Source: Clostridia bacterium (GTDB lineage: Bacteria > Bacillota > Clostridia > DUPQ01). Taken from it: a stretch of DNA of 24,719 nucleotides. The notes under the pieces were generated by a model. It did not search any database. It saw nothing but the letters and a program-made list of their open reading frames with translations, and was not told where the DNA came from. The position numbers and the translations under genes are program-made. Positions 1-7,252 of the stretch are shown here, piece by piece. Position 1 is the first letter of the stretch, and each line of letters starts with the position of its first letter. The DNA lies in NCBI GenBank assembly GCA_041678685.1, contig JBAYNV010000013.1:1-24719 (forward strand), written 5' to 3'.

Positions 1-36
1 ATCATCCATCTCACGGTAAAAAGGATCAAATCCGAT

Positions 37-546
37 GTGAAGCAGTATTTCGCAGGGTTGAAAAAAGGATTTTTAAGGGTGGCGATATGCTTCTTTCAGA
101 TATATGTCTGTTTATTCCTTGTGCTGGCATTTGTTCCACTGGCATTTACTCCCTATATCATTTTAAGGAATTCCGTTATAGAATCCGGAAATTCCACTTT
201 GATGCCGACTTTATTGCTATCAGTGGCAATACTTGCGATAGTGCTTTTACTGATATTCATATATATGAATTTTATTTTCAGACTTCCTTCGATATACCAT
301 TTTACAAAGTATCCTATTGAAAAGGCGACTGCTGCTGTCAATGCGAAATACTGGAGGACATTTGTTAAATCCGCTGTCCTTCTTCTTTTATATGTCTGCG
401 TAGAACTCATCATGTACAGGATAGAAAACAGAGTCCTGGATTTCATAGTCGGATTTATACTGTATACCGTCTACTTCAGTTTCTTCTCTGTATTTCCTTT
501 CTATATTTACGATAAACTCATTGAACCGTACAAACTTGGCGACTGA
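37..546 (+). CDS. Polytopic membrane protein of unknown function (possibly 5'-truncated by window edge)
   Basis: Frame-1 ORF. GTG at 37 is preceded by AAGGA (21-25), but the frame stays open back to position 1, so the true start may lie upstream of the window. The translation has several long hydrophobic segments (VAICFFQIYVCLFLVLAFVPLAF; LLLSVAILAIVLLLIFIYMNFIF; SAVLLLLYVCVELIMY; FIVGFILYTVYFSFFSVFPFYI). No family recognised. Confidence 0.5.
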   Translation: MKQYFAGLKKGFLRVAICFFQIYVCLFLVLAFVPLAFTPYIILRNSVIESGNSTLMPTLLLSVAILAIVLLLIFIYMNFIFRLPSIYHFTKYPIEKATAAVNAKYWRTFVKSAVLLLLYVCVELIMYRIENRVLDFIVGFILYTVYFSFFSVFPFYIYDKLIEPYKLGD

Positions 547-575
547 GCATAAGGATTTAAGATAAATGACATGAC

Positions 576-604
576 GGGCAACGGTGACATCGTTGCCCTC
601 TTCA
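576..604 (+). terminator. Candidate intrinsic terminator after the membrane-protein ORF
   Basis: GC-rich inverted repeat GGGCAACG (576-583) / CGTTGCCC (591-598) with a 7-nt loop, 30 nt after the stop codon. The trailing tract TCTTCAT is only weakly U-rich. Confidence 0.35.
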
Positions 605-623
605 TGACCATAAATGGTATAAT
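593..623 (+). promoter_or_regulatory. Candidate sigma-A promoter for the TrxR-like gene
   Basis: Extended -10 TGgTATAAT (615-623) with a -35-like TTGCCC (593-598, 19-nt spacer), just upstream of AGGAGG (631-636). Confidence 0.4.
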
Positions 624-644
624 CATTATGAGGAGGATGTGAAA

Positions 645-1523
645 ATGTATGATGTCATAGTAATAGGTAAAGGTCCGGCAGGTATACAGGCTGCCATTTA
701 TCTTGGCAGGGCAGGCTTTGATACGGTCATTATATCTAAAGACAGCGGTTCTTTAGGAAAAGCTGAATACATTGAGAACTATTACGGGTTTTCCAAACCC
801 ATAAAAGCTTCTGATCTTCTTAATGAGGGCATAGAACAGGCAAAAAGGTTCAATGTGCAGTTCATAGACGATGAAGTGATAAAAATCGGTCAGACAGATA
901 ATAAAACGATATCCGTTGAAGGGCTTAAAAAGGAATATACATCATCATATGCCGTTATAGCATCAGGCATGGCAAGGAAGAGCATCAATGTTCCCGGGCT
1001 GAAGGAATTTGAAGGGAAAGGGATTAGTTACTGCGTCATGTGTGACGGATTCTTCTTCAGGAACAAAAAAACAGCTGTGATAGGGTATACAAAATTTGCG
1101 GAGCATGAACTTAATGATCTGATGCTTTTTACAAAGGACATAGTACTGCTTACTAACGGAAAGGAAATACAGTTCGACCTGAAAGGATATGAAAATGTGA
1201 AAGTCATCGATATACCGATAAAGGAGATATACGGTGATGAATCGGTAAAGGGGATAATGTTCACCGACGGTTCAAAGGAAGAAATATACGGCATATTCAT
1301 TGCATACGGGACCGCGGACAGCACTTCCTTTACCATAAAATCAGGAATAGCCACAGAAAAAAACCTGATACTGATCGATATGCACCACATGACTAATATC
1401 GACAGGGTATATGCAGCGGGAGACTGCACGGGCACACTTATGCAGGTCGCGGTGGCAGCCGGAGAAGGTGCAAAAACAGCTAAAACAGTGATAGAAAGAC
1501 TTAAAACCGATAGAAAAAAGTAA
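645..1523 (+). CDS. Thioredoxin-reductase-like FAD-dependent disulfide oxidoreductase (NADPH motifs degenerate)
   Basis: ATG 645 lies 8 nt after AGGAGG (631-636); the ORF track starts at the in-frame GTG 639. It has the FAD Rossmann motif VIGKGPAG, a redox CxxC in the TrxR position (GISYCVMCDGFFFRNKKTAVIG) and the C-terminal FAD motif AAGDCTG. Size (about 292 aa) and layout match low-Mr TrxR. Confidence 0.85.
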   Translation: MYDVIVIGKGPAGIQAAIYLGRAGFDTVIISKDSGSLGKAEYIENYYGFSKPIKASDLLNEGIEQAKRFNVQFIDDEVIKIGQTDNKTISVEGLKKEYTSSYAVIASGMARKSINVPGLKEFEGKGISYCVMCDGFFFRNKKTAVIGYTKFAEHELNDLMLFTKDIVLLTNGKEIQFDLKGYENVKVIDIPIKEIYGDESVKGIMFTDGSKEEIYGIFIAYGTADSTSFTIKSGIATEKNLILIDMHHMTNIDRVYAAGDCTGTLMQVAVAAGEGAKTAKTVIERLKTDRKK

Positions 1524-1549
1524 AAATCTGCTTTTGTTTCATCGGATCA

Positions 1550-1578
1550 TTTACTTGCACTGTCTGCTGGTGTATACT
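1550..1578 (+). promoter_or_regulatory. Candidate promoter for metG
   Basis: TTTACT (1550-1555), 17-nt spacer, TATACT (1573-1578). The RBS AGGAGA (1591-1596) precedes ATG 1604. The 80-nt intergenic region is too short for a T-box leader. Confidence 0.4.
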
Positions 1579-1603
1579 TATAAAAAATTTAGGAGAAGAG
1601 AAA

Positions 1604-3538
1604 ATGAGTAAAGAAAAGTTTTATATCACTACAGCTATAGCATATGCCTCAGGTAAACCTCATATAGGGAATACCTATGAAATCGTGCTGTCTGACAGCA
1701 TAGCAAGGTACATGCGAATGAAGGGATATGATGTTTTCTTTATGACCGGAACCGATGAGCATGGAAGCAAAATAGAAGAAAAGGCTGATGCCAAAGGCTG
1801 TTCGCCTAAACAGTATGTTGATGATACGGCAAAAGAGATCCGGAGGATATGGGATCTCATGGACACGACATACGACAAATTCATAAGGACCACCGATAAA
1901 GATCACGAAGCTCAGGTACAGTATATATTCCAGAAGCTTTATGATCAGGGAGATATATACAAGGGCGAATACGAAGGATGGTACTGCACCCCCGACGAAG
2001 CTTTCTGGACAGAAACACAGCTTGTTGACGGTAAATGTCCCGAATGCGGGAGGGAAGTGAAAAAAGCCAAAGAAGAAGCATATTTTTTCCGGCTTTCCAA
2101 GTATACCGGCAGGCTCATCGAATATATCGAGAGCCATCCGGAATTCATACAGCCTGAATCCCGCAAGAATGAAATGATGAACAATTTCCTGAAGCCGGGT
2201 CTGCAGGACCTTTGCGTTTCAAGATCATCTTTCAAGTGGGGCGTGCCCGTTCCGTTTGATGACAAGCACGTTATCTATGTCTGGATCGATGCTCTTTCCA
2301 ACTATATCACCGGAATAGGATATGATGCCAAAGGCAATAGCAGCGAAAAGTTTAAAAAGTACTGGCCTTGCGATGTACATGTGATAGGTAAGGATATTAT
2401 AAGGTTCCATACGATCTACTGGCCTATAATGCTTATGGCTTTGGATCTGCCTCTTCCAAAACAGGTATTGGGACACCCCTGGCTATTGTTTGGTGACGGA
2501 GCAAAAATGAGCAAATCCAGAGGCAACATAATGTATGCCGATGATCTGGTATCACTGTTTGGCGTTGATGAGATACGTTATTATGTTTTAAGCGAGATGA
2601 ATTACGCAAATGACGGGATCATTTCATATAAGCAGATCATAGAAAAAATCAACTCCGATCTGGCGAATGTCATAGGAAATCTCGTAAACAGGACCATAAC
2701 CATGGGACATAAATATTTCGACGGCAAGGTTAAGAGATTTACAGATGTTGATCCGGCTTATGCATGCGACCGCGAACTTACGGACTGTATCATTGAAGCA
2801 CCAAAAAATGTAGATGCGGCAATGAAGGAATACAGGGTATCAGATGCGATATCGGAGATAATAGTTTTAGCAAAACGCTGCAATAAATATATCGATGAGA
2901 TGGCTCCATGGTCACTGTTCAAAGATGAGAAGGATCATGAAAGGCTTGCACGCGTAATGTACAACCTGCTTGAAGGAATAAGGGTGATAGGTGTTCTTTT
3001 GACTCCGTTCATTCCAGCAACGGGTAAAAAGATACTGGAACAGCTCAACACTAAGGCTACAGGCCTGGATACGCTTTGCACATTCGGAAACCTCGAGGAC
3101 GGGATTACTCTTTGCCAGCCGGAGATTCTTTTCAACAGAATAGATACCGTAAAGAAATTGGCGGAGATAGAAGAGATAAACGGTAAGAAGGAAGTACCGA
3201 AAGCTGAAGGCATCGTTGAAATAGGGATCGAGGATTTTTCCAGGGTACAGCTAAAAACAGGCAGGATATGTTCTGCTGAAACGATAAAGGGAGCAAAAAA
3301 ACTGCTTAGGCTCCAGGTAGAAATAGGACAGGAAACAAGACAGATCGTATCAGGGATAGCGGAATACTATACTCCGGAGGATCTCGTCGGGAAAACTGTT
3401 GTAGTGATAGTAAACCTGAAACCTGTTATGTTAAGGGGAGTATTGAGTTCCGGCATGCTGCTTGCGGCGTCAAACGGCGGAAAACTATCCTTAGTGACCA
3501 TAGACCAGGATCTGCCTTCAGGATCGGGTATTTCGTAA
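1604..3538 (+). CDS. metG: Methionine--tRNA ligase (MetRS) with C-terminal Trbp111/EMAP-type tRNA-binding domain
   Basis: Class I signatures HIGN (KPHIGNTYE) and KMSKS (GAKMSKSRG). Zinc-knuckle region WYCTPDE...KCPECG. C-terminal OB-fold tRNA-binding domain (FSRVQLKTGRI...IVSGIAEYYTPEDLVGKTVVVIVNLKP). 644 aa. Confidence 0.97.
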   Translation: MSKEKFYITTAIAYASGKPHIGNTYEIVLSDSIARYMRMKGYDVFFMTGTDEHGSKIEEKADAKGCSPKQYVDDTAKEIRRIWDLMDTTYDKFIRTTDKDHEAQVQYIFQKLYDQGDIYKGEYEGWYCTPDEAFWTETQLVDGKCPECGREVKKAKEEAYFFRLSKYTGRLIEYIESHPEFIQPESRKNEMMNNFLKPGLQDLCVSRSSFKWGVPVPFDDKHVIYVWIDALSNYITGIGYDAKGNSSEKFKKYWPCDVHVIGKDIIRFHTIYWPIMLMALDLPLPKQVLGHPWLLFGDGAKMSKSRGNIMYADDLVSLFGVDEIRYYVLSEMNYANDGIISYKQIIEKINSDLANVIGNLVNRTITMGHKYFDGKVKRFTDVDPAYACDRELTDCIIEAPKNVDAAMKEYRVSDAISEIIVLAKRCNKYIDEMAPWSLFKDEKDHERLARVMYNLLEGIRVIGVLLTPFIPATGKKILEQLNTKATGLDTLCTFGNLEDGITLCQPEILFNRIDTVKKLAEIEEINGKKEVPKAEGIVEIGIEDFSRVQLKTGRICSAETIKGAKKLLRLQVEIGQETRQIVSGIAEYYTPEDLVGKTVVVIVNLKPVMLRGVLSSGMLLAASNGGKLSLVTIDQDLPSGSGIS

Positions 3539-3561
3539 AGCTAATTAATTGTTTAAATATT

Positions 3562-3590
3562 AAAGGGCTGATTTTTATTCAACCCTTTTT
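3562..3590. terminator. Intrinsic terminator between convergent metG and the isomerase gene
   Basis: Stem AAAGGGCTGA (3562-3571) / TCAACCCTTT (3579-3588) with one C/A mismatch and a 7-nt loop. A T5 run follows on the + strand; the tail on the - strand is weaker. Confidence 0.6.
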
Positions 3591-3591
3591 A

Positions 3592-4557
3592 TTATGCCCA
3601 GTACATTTCACCCTTAGGTTCAGATATCATTGTTTCTTTAAGGAATGAAACAGCCTTTTTAAGACCTTCCTGACCGCTCATCAGACTGTCCTCATGCTCT
3701 ATCGATACCACATAATCATATCCGGTCATCCTCAGCTCAGCGAATATATCGTTCCATACCTGCCTGTCATGGCCTGTACCCACAGCCCGGAACAGCCAGG
3801 ATCTTTCTGATTCGTTACCGTATGGTTTTGTATCGAGAACACCGTTTACTGATGTATTCGGTATGCATACTCTGGTATCCTTTGCGTGGAAATAGTATAT
3901 ACACCCGCTAAGAGCCCTTATTGCCCTTACCGGATCTATACCCTGCCAGAAAAGATGCGAAGGATCGAAGTTTGCGCCTATTTCAGGTCCGCATGCATTT
4001 CGAAGCTTCAATAATGTTTCAGGATTGTATACGCAGAAGCCCGGATGCATTTCTAAAGCTATCTTGTGGACATTGTGTTTTTTTGCAAATGAGACAGCCT
4101 TTTTCCAATAAGGGATCAGGACTTCGTTCCACTGCCAGTCAAGTATCTTTAAAAAATCTTCCGGCCATGGGCATGTTACCCAATTCGGGTATTTTGAACC
4201 TATAGAATCGCCGGGACATCCCGAGAATGTCACTATCCTGTCTACGCCGAGCTGTTCTGCCAGAAGTACAGTCTTCTGAAAATCCTCCTCAAATGAAGCG
4301 GCGATCTTTCTGTCAGGATGTATGGCATTACCGTGACAGCTTAAAGCGCTTATCATCATACCGTATCTGCTGACGAGTTCTTTTACTTTCTTTATTTCCT
4401 CAGGCTTATCATATATTTTCTTTGCATCAAGATGAGCTGTTCCCGGATATCCTCCGCAACCGATCTCTACGGCCTGTACTCCAAGATCCTTCAGATATCT
4501 CAAAGCATCCTCAAATCCCACAGATCCGAGCACAACTGCGAAAACACCTAATTTCAT
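3592..4557 (-). CDS. Sugar phosphate isomerase/epimerase (xylose-isomerase-like TIM barrel, AP endonuclease 2 family)
   Basis: Start chosen at MKLGVFAVVLG (ATG = complement of 4555-4557), preceded by a minus-strand AGGAG RBS. The 48-codon upstream extension in the ORF track has no RBS and runs into the ribU start. Typical family layout: LGVQAVEIG..., IALEMHPG, FDPSHL, FHAKD, VSIEHED. Confidence 0.85.
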   Translation of the reverse strand: MKLGVFAVVLGSVGFEDALRYLKDLGVQAVEIGCGGYPGTAHLDAKKIYDKPEEIKKVKELVSRYGMMISALSCHGNAIHPDRKIAASFEEDFQKTVLLAEQLGVDRIVTFSGCPGDSIGSKYPNWVTCPWPEDFLKILDWQWNEVLIPYWKKAVSFAKKHNVHKIALEMHPGFCVYNPETLLKLRNACGPEIGANFDPSHLFWQGIDPVRAIRALSGCIYYFHAKDTRVCIPNTSVNGVLDTKPYGNESERSWLFRAVGTGHDRQVWNDIFAELRMTGYDYVVSIEHEDSLMSGQEGLKKAVSFLKETMISEPKGEMYWA

Positions 4558-4607
4558 GATAAATTCTCCTATCTTTAATGATATATATATTTTAACAGTA
4601 CAGGAGC

Positions 4608-4636
4608 GAAACATAAAGATATATACATAATGTTTC
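4608..4636. promoter_or_regulatory. Imperfect 29-bp palindrome in the divergent isomerase/ribU control region (possible operator)
   Basis: GAAACAT (4608-4614) and ATGTTTC (4630-4636) are exact inverted repeats flanking an AT-rich 15-bp core. It ends 4 nt upstream of the putative ribU -35. Confidence 0.25.
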
Positions 4637-4639
4637 ATA

Positions 4640-4668
4640 TTTTCAAAATCATATCCATATGCTATACT
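4640..4668 (+). promoter_or_regulatory. Candidate promoter for the ribU-like gene
   Basis: TTTTCA (4640-4645), 17-nt spacer, TATACT (4663-4668). This leaves only about 20 nt of leader before ATG 4694. Confidence 0.4.
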
Positions 4669-4693
4669 AATGCGGAAAAGCGAAAGGTAACAG

Positions 4694-5299
4694 ATGGACA
4701 AGAACAGAGTCAGGTTGTTTTGTACAGCGAATATAGCAAAAATGGGAATACTGGGTGCAATAGCAGGCCTTCTGATGCTTATCGAGATACCGTTATTCTT
4801 CGCTCCTGATTTTTATAAAGTGGATCTTTCCGAGATACCTGTTTTACTTGGAGCTTTTTCTATGGGACCGGTGGCGGGCATCATAATCGAATGTGTCAAG
4901 ATATTACTGAATTTCGTTTTTAACGGGACTATCACCGCAGGAATAGGCGAATTAGCCAATCTTGTGATAGGATGCTGCTTTGTTGTCCCTGCCGCTTTGA
5001 TATACTGCAGAAATAAAAACAAGAAAACCGCCTTATTGGGTATGTCTGTTGGTACATTGGCCATGACTGTGGCAGGCGCTGTCCTTAATTACTATATACT
5101 TATACCGGCATTTGCAGGCGCTTTTGGCATGTCTGTTGACTCGATCGTTTCTATGGGCACCGCCTTGAATAAGAATATTGATTCCCTTTGGGACCTCATA
5201 TTACTTGCTAATGTGCCATTCAATCTTATAAAGGGCGTAGTGAGCGGTATATTGACATTTTTACTGTATAAAAGGCTGTCTCCTTTGCTTCACAAATAA
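4694..5299 (+). CDS. ribU: ECF transporter S-component, RibU/FmnP (riboflavin) family
   Basis: 201 aa with about 6 TM segments. Blocks closely resemble B. subtilis RibU/YpaA as I recall it: PDFYKVDLSEIPVLLGAFSMGPVAGIIIECVKILLNF, GELANLVIGCCFVVPAALIY, VLNYYILIPAF, NVPFNLIKGVV. No EcfA/A'/T genes are adjacent (group II arrangement). Confidence 0.8.
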   Translation: MDKNRVRLFCTANIAKMGILGAIAGLLMLIEIPLFFAPDFYKVDLSEIPVLLGAFSMGPVAGIIIECVKILLNFVFNGTITAGIGELANLVIGCCFVVPAALIYCRNKNKKTALLGMSVGTLAMTVAGAVLNYYILIPAFAGAFGMSVDSIVSMGTALNKNIDSLWDLILLANVPFNLIKGVVSGILTFLLYKRLSPLLHK

Positions 5300-5380
5300 G
5301 GATAAGCTGTTTTATGCAAAATACACAAAAAGGCCGGGATTTTTTTGTAGACATCCTATCTTATATTTTCCCGCCACAAG

Positions 5381-5389
5381 TGATAGAAT
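5381..5389 (+). promoter_or_regulatory. Candidate extended -10 promoter element for the ABC ATPase gene
   Basis: TGaTAGAAT (5381-5389). The -35 region is weak (TTATAT 5361-5366). AGGAGG (5407-5412) precedes ATG 5422. Confidence 0.3.
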
Positions 5390-5421
5390 GGACCAAGAAG
5401 TAATATAGGAGGAACTTAGAT

Positions 5422-6546
5422 ATGGCAAAAGTTACATTAAAAAACGTATATAAAAAATATGAAGCTGGCCGTGGTGGTATCACAGCTGTTTCCGACTTCA
5501 ACCTTGTAGTTGAGGACATGGAATTTCTTGTTCTGTTAGGACCTTCAGGATGCGGGAAAACGACCACACTTAGAATGATTGCAGGACTTGAAGATATAAC
5601 AGCCGGCGAGATTTATATCGGAGATAAACTGGTCAACGAAGTGCATCCTAAAGACAGAGATATAGCAATGGTTTTCCAGAACTACGCTTTGTATCCTCAT
5701 ATGACGATATTCGATAATATGGCATTCGGACTGAAGTTAAGAAAAATGCCTAAAGATGAGATCAGAACAAAAGTACATTCAGCTGCAAAGATACTTGAAA
5801 TAGAACACCTGCTTGACAGAAAGCCAAAGGCTTTATCAGGCGGACAAAGACAGAGAGTTGCTCTTGGACGTGCAATAGTACGTGAACCTAAGGTATTCCT
5901 TATGGACGAACCTCTTTCAAACCTTGATGCTAAATTGAGAGGCCAGATGAGAGTTGAGCTCACAAAGTTACATCAGAGATTAAAGACAACATTCATATAT
6001 GTTACACATGACCAGGTAGAAGCTATGACGATGGGTACCAGAATAGTTGTTATGAGAGCCGGCTTTATACAGCAGGTGGATCCTCCTCAGATAATGTATG
6101 ATAATCCCAACAATATGTATGTTGCAGGATTCATCGGAACACCTCAGATGAACTTCATCCATGGCACACTGATCGAGAAAAACAATGAAGTCTGGATAGA
6201 TATGTCCGGAACAAGGATCAAATTCTCCGAAAAGAGAGCTAAAAATGTTATAGGCAAAGGATATGACGGGAAAGAAGTCATCCTTGGTATCAGACCTGAG
6301 CATTTCCATGACGAGCAGATGTATCTTGACCAGATGCCCGATACTCTTATCGAAGTTAAGATCGATGTTGTTGAAATGATGGGACCTGAAGCATTACTGT
6401 ATTTCAGCTTTGCAAAGAGCAATATCATAGCAAGAGTAAGTCCGGCTACAAAAGCAAGACCGGGAATGATAATAAAGATAGCTATCGATACTGTAAGGAT
6501 ACATATATTCGATAAAGAAACTGAAAAAGCGGTATTTGCTGAATAA
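5422..6546 (+). CDS. msmX: Carbohydrate ABC transporter ATP-binding protein, MsmX/MsmK/UgpC/MalK type (orphan, no permease adjacent)
   Basis: Walker A GPSGCGKTT, Q-loop FQNYALYPH, signature LSGGQRQR, Walker B VFLMDEPLSNLD, H-loop YVTHD. It has the C-terminal MalK-like regulatory/OB domain. 374 aa. Confidence 0.9.
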   Translation: MAKVTLKNVYKKYEAGRGGITAVSDFNLVVEDMEFLVLLGPSGCGKTTTLRMIAGLEDITAGEIYIGDKLVNEVHPKDRDIAMVFQNYALYPHMTIFDNMAFGLKLRKMPKDEIRTKVHSAAKILEIEHLLDRKPKALSGGQRQRVALGRAIVREPKVFLMDEPLSNLDAKLRGQMRVELTKLHQRLKTTFIYVTHDQVEAMTMGTRIVVMRAGFIQQVDPPQIMYDNPNNMYVAGFIGTPQMNFIHGTLIEKNNEVWIDMSGTRIKFSEKRAKNVIGKGYDGKEVILGIRPEHFHDEQMYLDQMPDTLIEVKIDVVEMMGPEALLYFSFAKSNIIARVSPATKARPGMIIKIAIDTVRIHIFDKETEKAVFAE

Positions 6547-6576
6547 TCCCTATACGATCAAAAACGCAACAAATTC

Positions 6577-6686
6577 AAGAGATATCTTAACGATATCTCT
6601 TTTTTTTAAGAGATATCGTTTCGTATCTCTTTTTTTTAAGAGATATCGTTTCGTATCTCTTTTTTTAAGAGATATCGTTTCGTATC
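6577..6686 (+). repeat. Tandem array: one 31-bp founder hairpin unit plus about 2.7 copies of a 30-bp hairpin+T-run unit
   Basis: The unit AAGAGATATCGTTTCGTATCTCTTTTTTTT occurs at 6608-6637, again at 6638-6666 (one T shorter) and truncated at 6667-6686. A diverged first copy AAGAGATATCTTAACGATATCTCTTTTTTTT lies at 6577-6607. Confidence 0.9.
6578..6607 (+). terminator. Strong intrinsic terminator of the ABC ATPase gene
   Basis: Perfect 9-bp stem AGAGATATC (6578-6586) / GATATCTCT (6592-6600) with loop TTAAC, followed by a T run to 6607. Confidence 0.7.
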
Positions 6687-6693
6687 ATTGTTT

Positions 6694-6723
6694 TTGTTGT
6701 CATAAATCCCGGCATGATATAAA
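6694..6723 (+). promoter_or_regulatory. Candidate promoter of the def operon
   Basis: Extended -10 TGaTATAAA (6715-6723) with a -35-like TTGTTG (6694-6699, 18-nt spacer). RBS AGGAG about 10 nt before ATG 6758. Confidence 0.4.
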
Positions 6724-6757
6724 ATTAGTGGTACATGAATGAACAGGAGCAGGTTTA

Positions 6758-7252
6758 ATGGCAATAAGGAACATCAGGCTGGAAGGCGATGAGATATTAA
6801 GAAAGAAATCAAGGGAAGTAACGGTATTTGATGAGAGGATGTTTACCCTTCTGGATGATATGTATCAGACAATGGTAGCGGCACCCGGTCTTGGGCTGGC
6901 GGCCGTACAGGTGGGAGTCTTAAAAAGAGTCGTCGTGATAGAAATGGACGGAGTGAAATTCGAACTTATAAATCCTGCAATAACTGAATCTGAAGGTGAG
7001 AATATAGATATTGAAGGATGCCTGAGCCTGCCGGAATTTTACGGAACAGTCAAAAGACCTGAAAAGATAAAGGTAAAATATCAGGACAGAATGGGTAAAG
7101 AATCAGAAACACAAGCGGAAGGATATATGGCACATTGCTTCTGCCATGAACTCGACCATCTTGACGGAATACTTTTCCGGGACAAGGTGATCGAAATCGT
7201 GGACCCTGCAGATATTGAAAAAGAAGAAGAGGAAATTGAAGAAAATAAATAG
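6758..7252 (+). CDS. def: Peptide deformylase
   Basis: All three PDF motifs are present: GLGLAAVQVG, EGCLS, HELDHLDG. 164 aa with an acidic C-terminal tail (EKEEEEIEENK). Confidence 0.97.
   Translation: MAIRNIRLEGDEILRKKSREVTVFDERMFTLLDDMYQTMVAAPGLGLAAVQVGVLKRVVVIEMDGVKFELINPAITESEGENIDIEGCLSLPEFYGTVKRPEKIKVKYQDRMGKESETQAEGYMAHCFCHELDHLDGILFRDKVIEIVDPADIEKEEEEIEENK

Noticed and set aside
1524-1603. Possible T-box or other riboswitch leader upstream of metG.
   Set aside because: There are only 80 nt between the genes, most of it taken by a promoter and RBS. There is no specifier, T-box or antiterminator-like sequence.
4558-4701. A 48-codon N-terminal extension of the sugar-phosphate isomerase ORF (ORF track start 4701).
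   Set aside because: The internal ATG at complement 4555-4557 has a good AGGAG RBS and matches family N-termini (MKLGV...). The extension covers the divergent promoter region and overlaps the ribU start.
5320-5350. ACAAAAA-GGCCGGGAT-TTTTTGT as a terminator for the ribU-like gene.
   Set aside because: The stem is almost purely A:T and the central GGCCGGG cannot form a stable hairpin. It does not look like a functional intrinsic terminator. Read-through into the ABC ATPase gene, or an unrecognised signal, is equally possible.
5314-5403. A 29-codon upstream ORF (MQNTQKGRDFFVDILSYIFPPQVIEWTKK) ending 18 nt before the ABC ATPase start; possible leader peptide.
   Set aside because: There is no SD before its ATG. 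The best promoter -10 (5381-5389) lies inside it, so it would not be on the mRNA, and it has no attenuator structure.
6577-6686. Possible CRISPR array, because of short direct repeats of about 30 bp.
   Set aside because: The units are directly contiguous with no spacers. There are only about 3.7 copies, each ends in a T-run, and there are no cas genes. This is a tandem repeat, not a CRISPR array.
6536-6742. A 68-aa + strand ORF with the repeated peptide SLFFKRYRFV.
   Set aside because: It is simply the translation of the tandem terminator-like repeats. It starts inside the ABC ATPase 3' end, has no RBS, and its 'repeat peptide' mirrors the DNA repeat.
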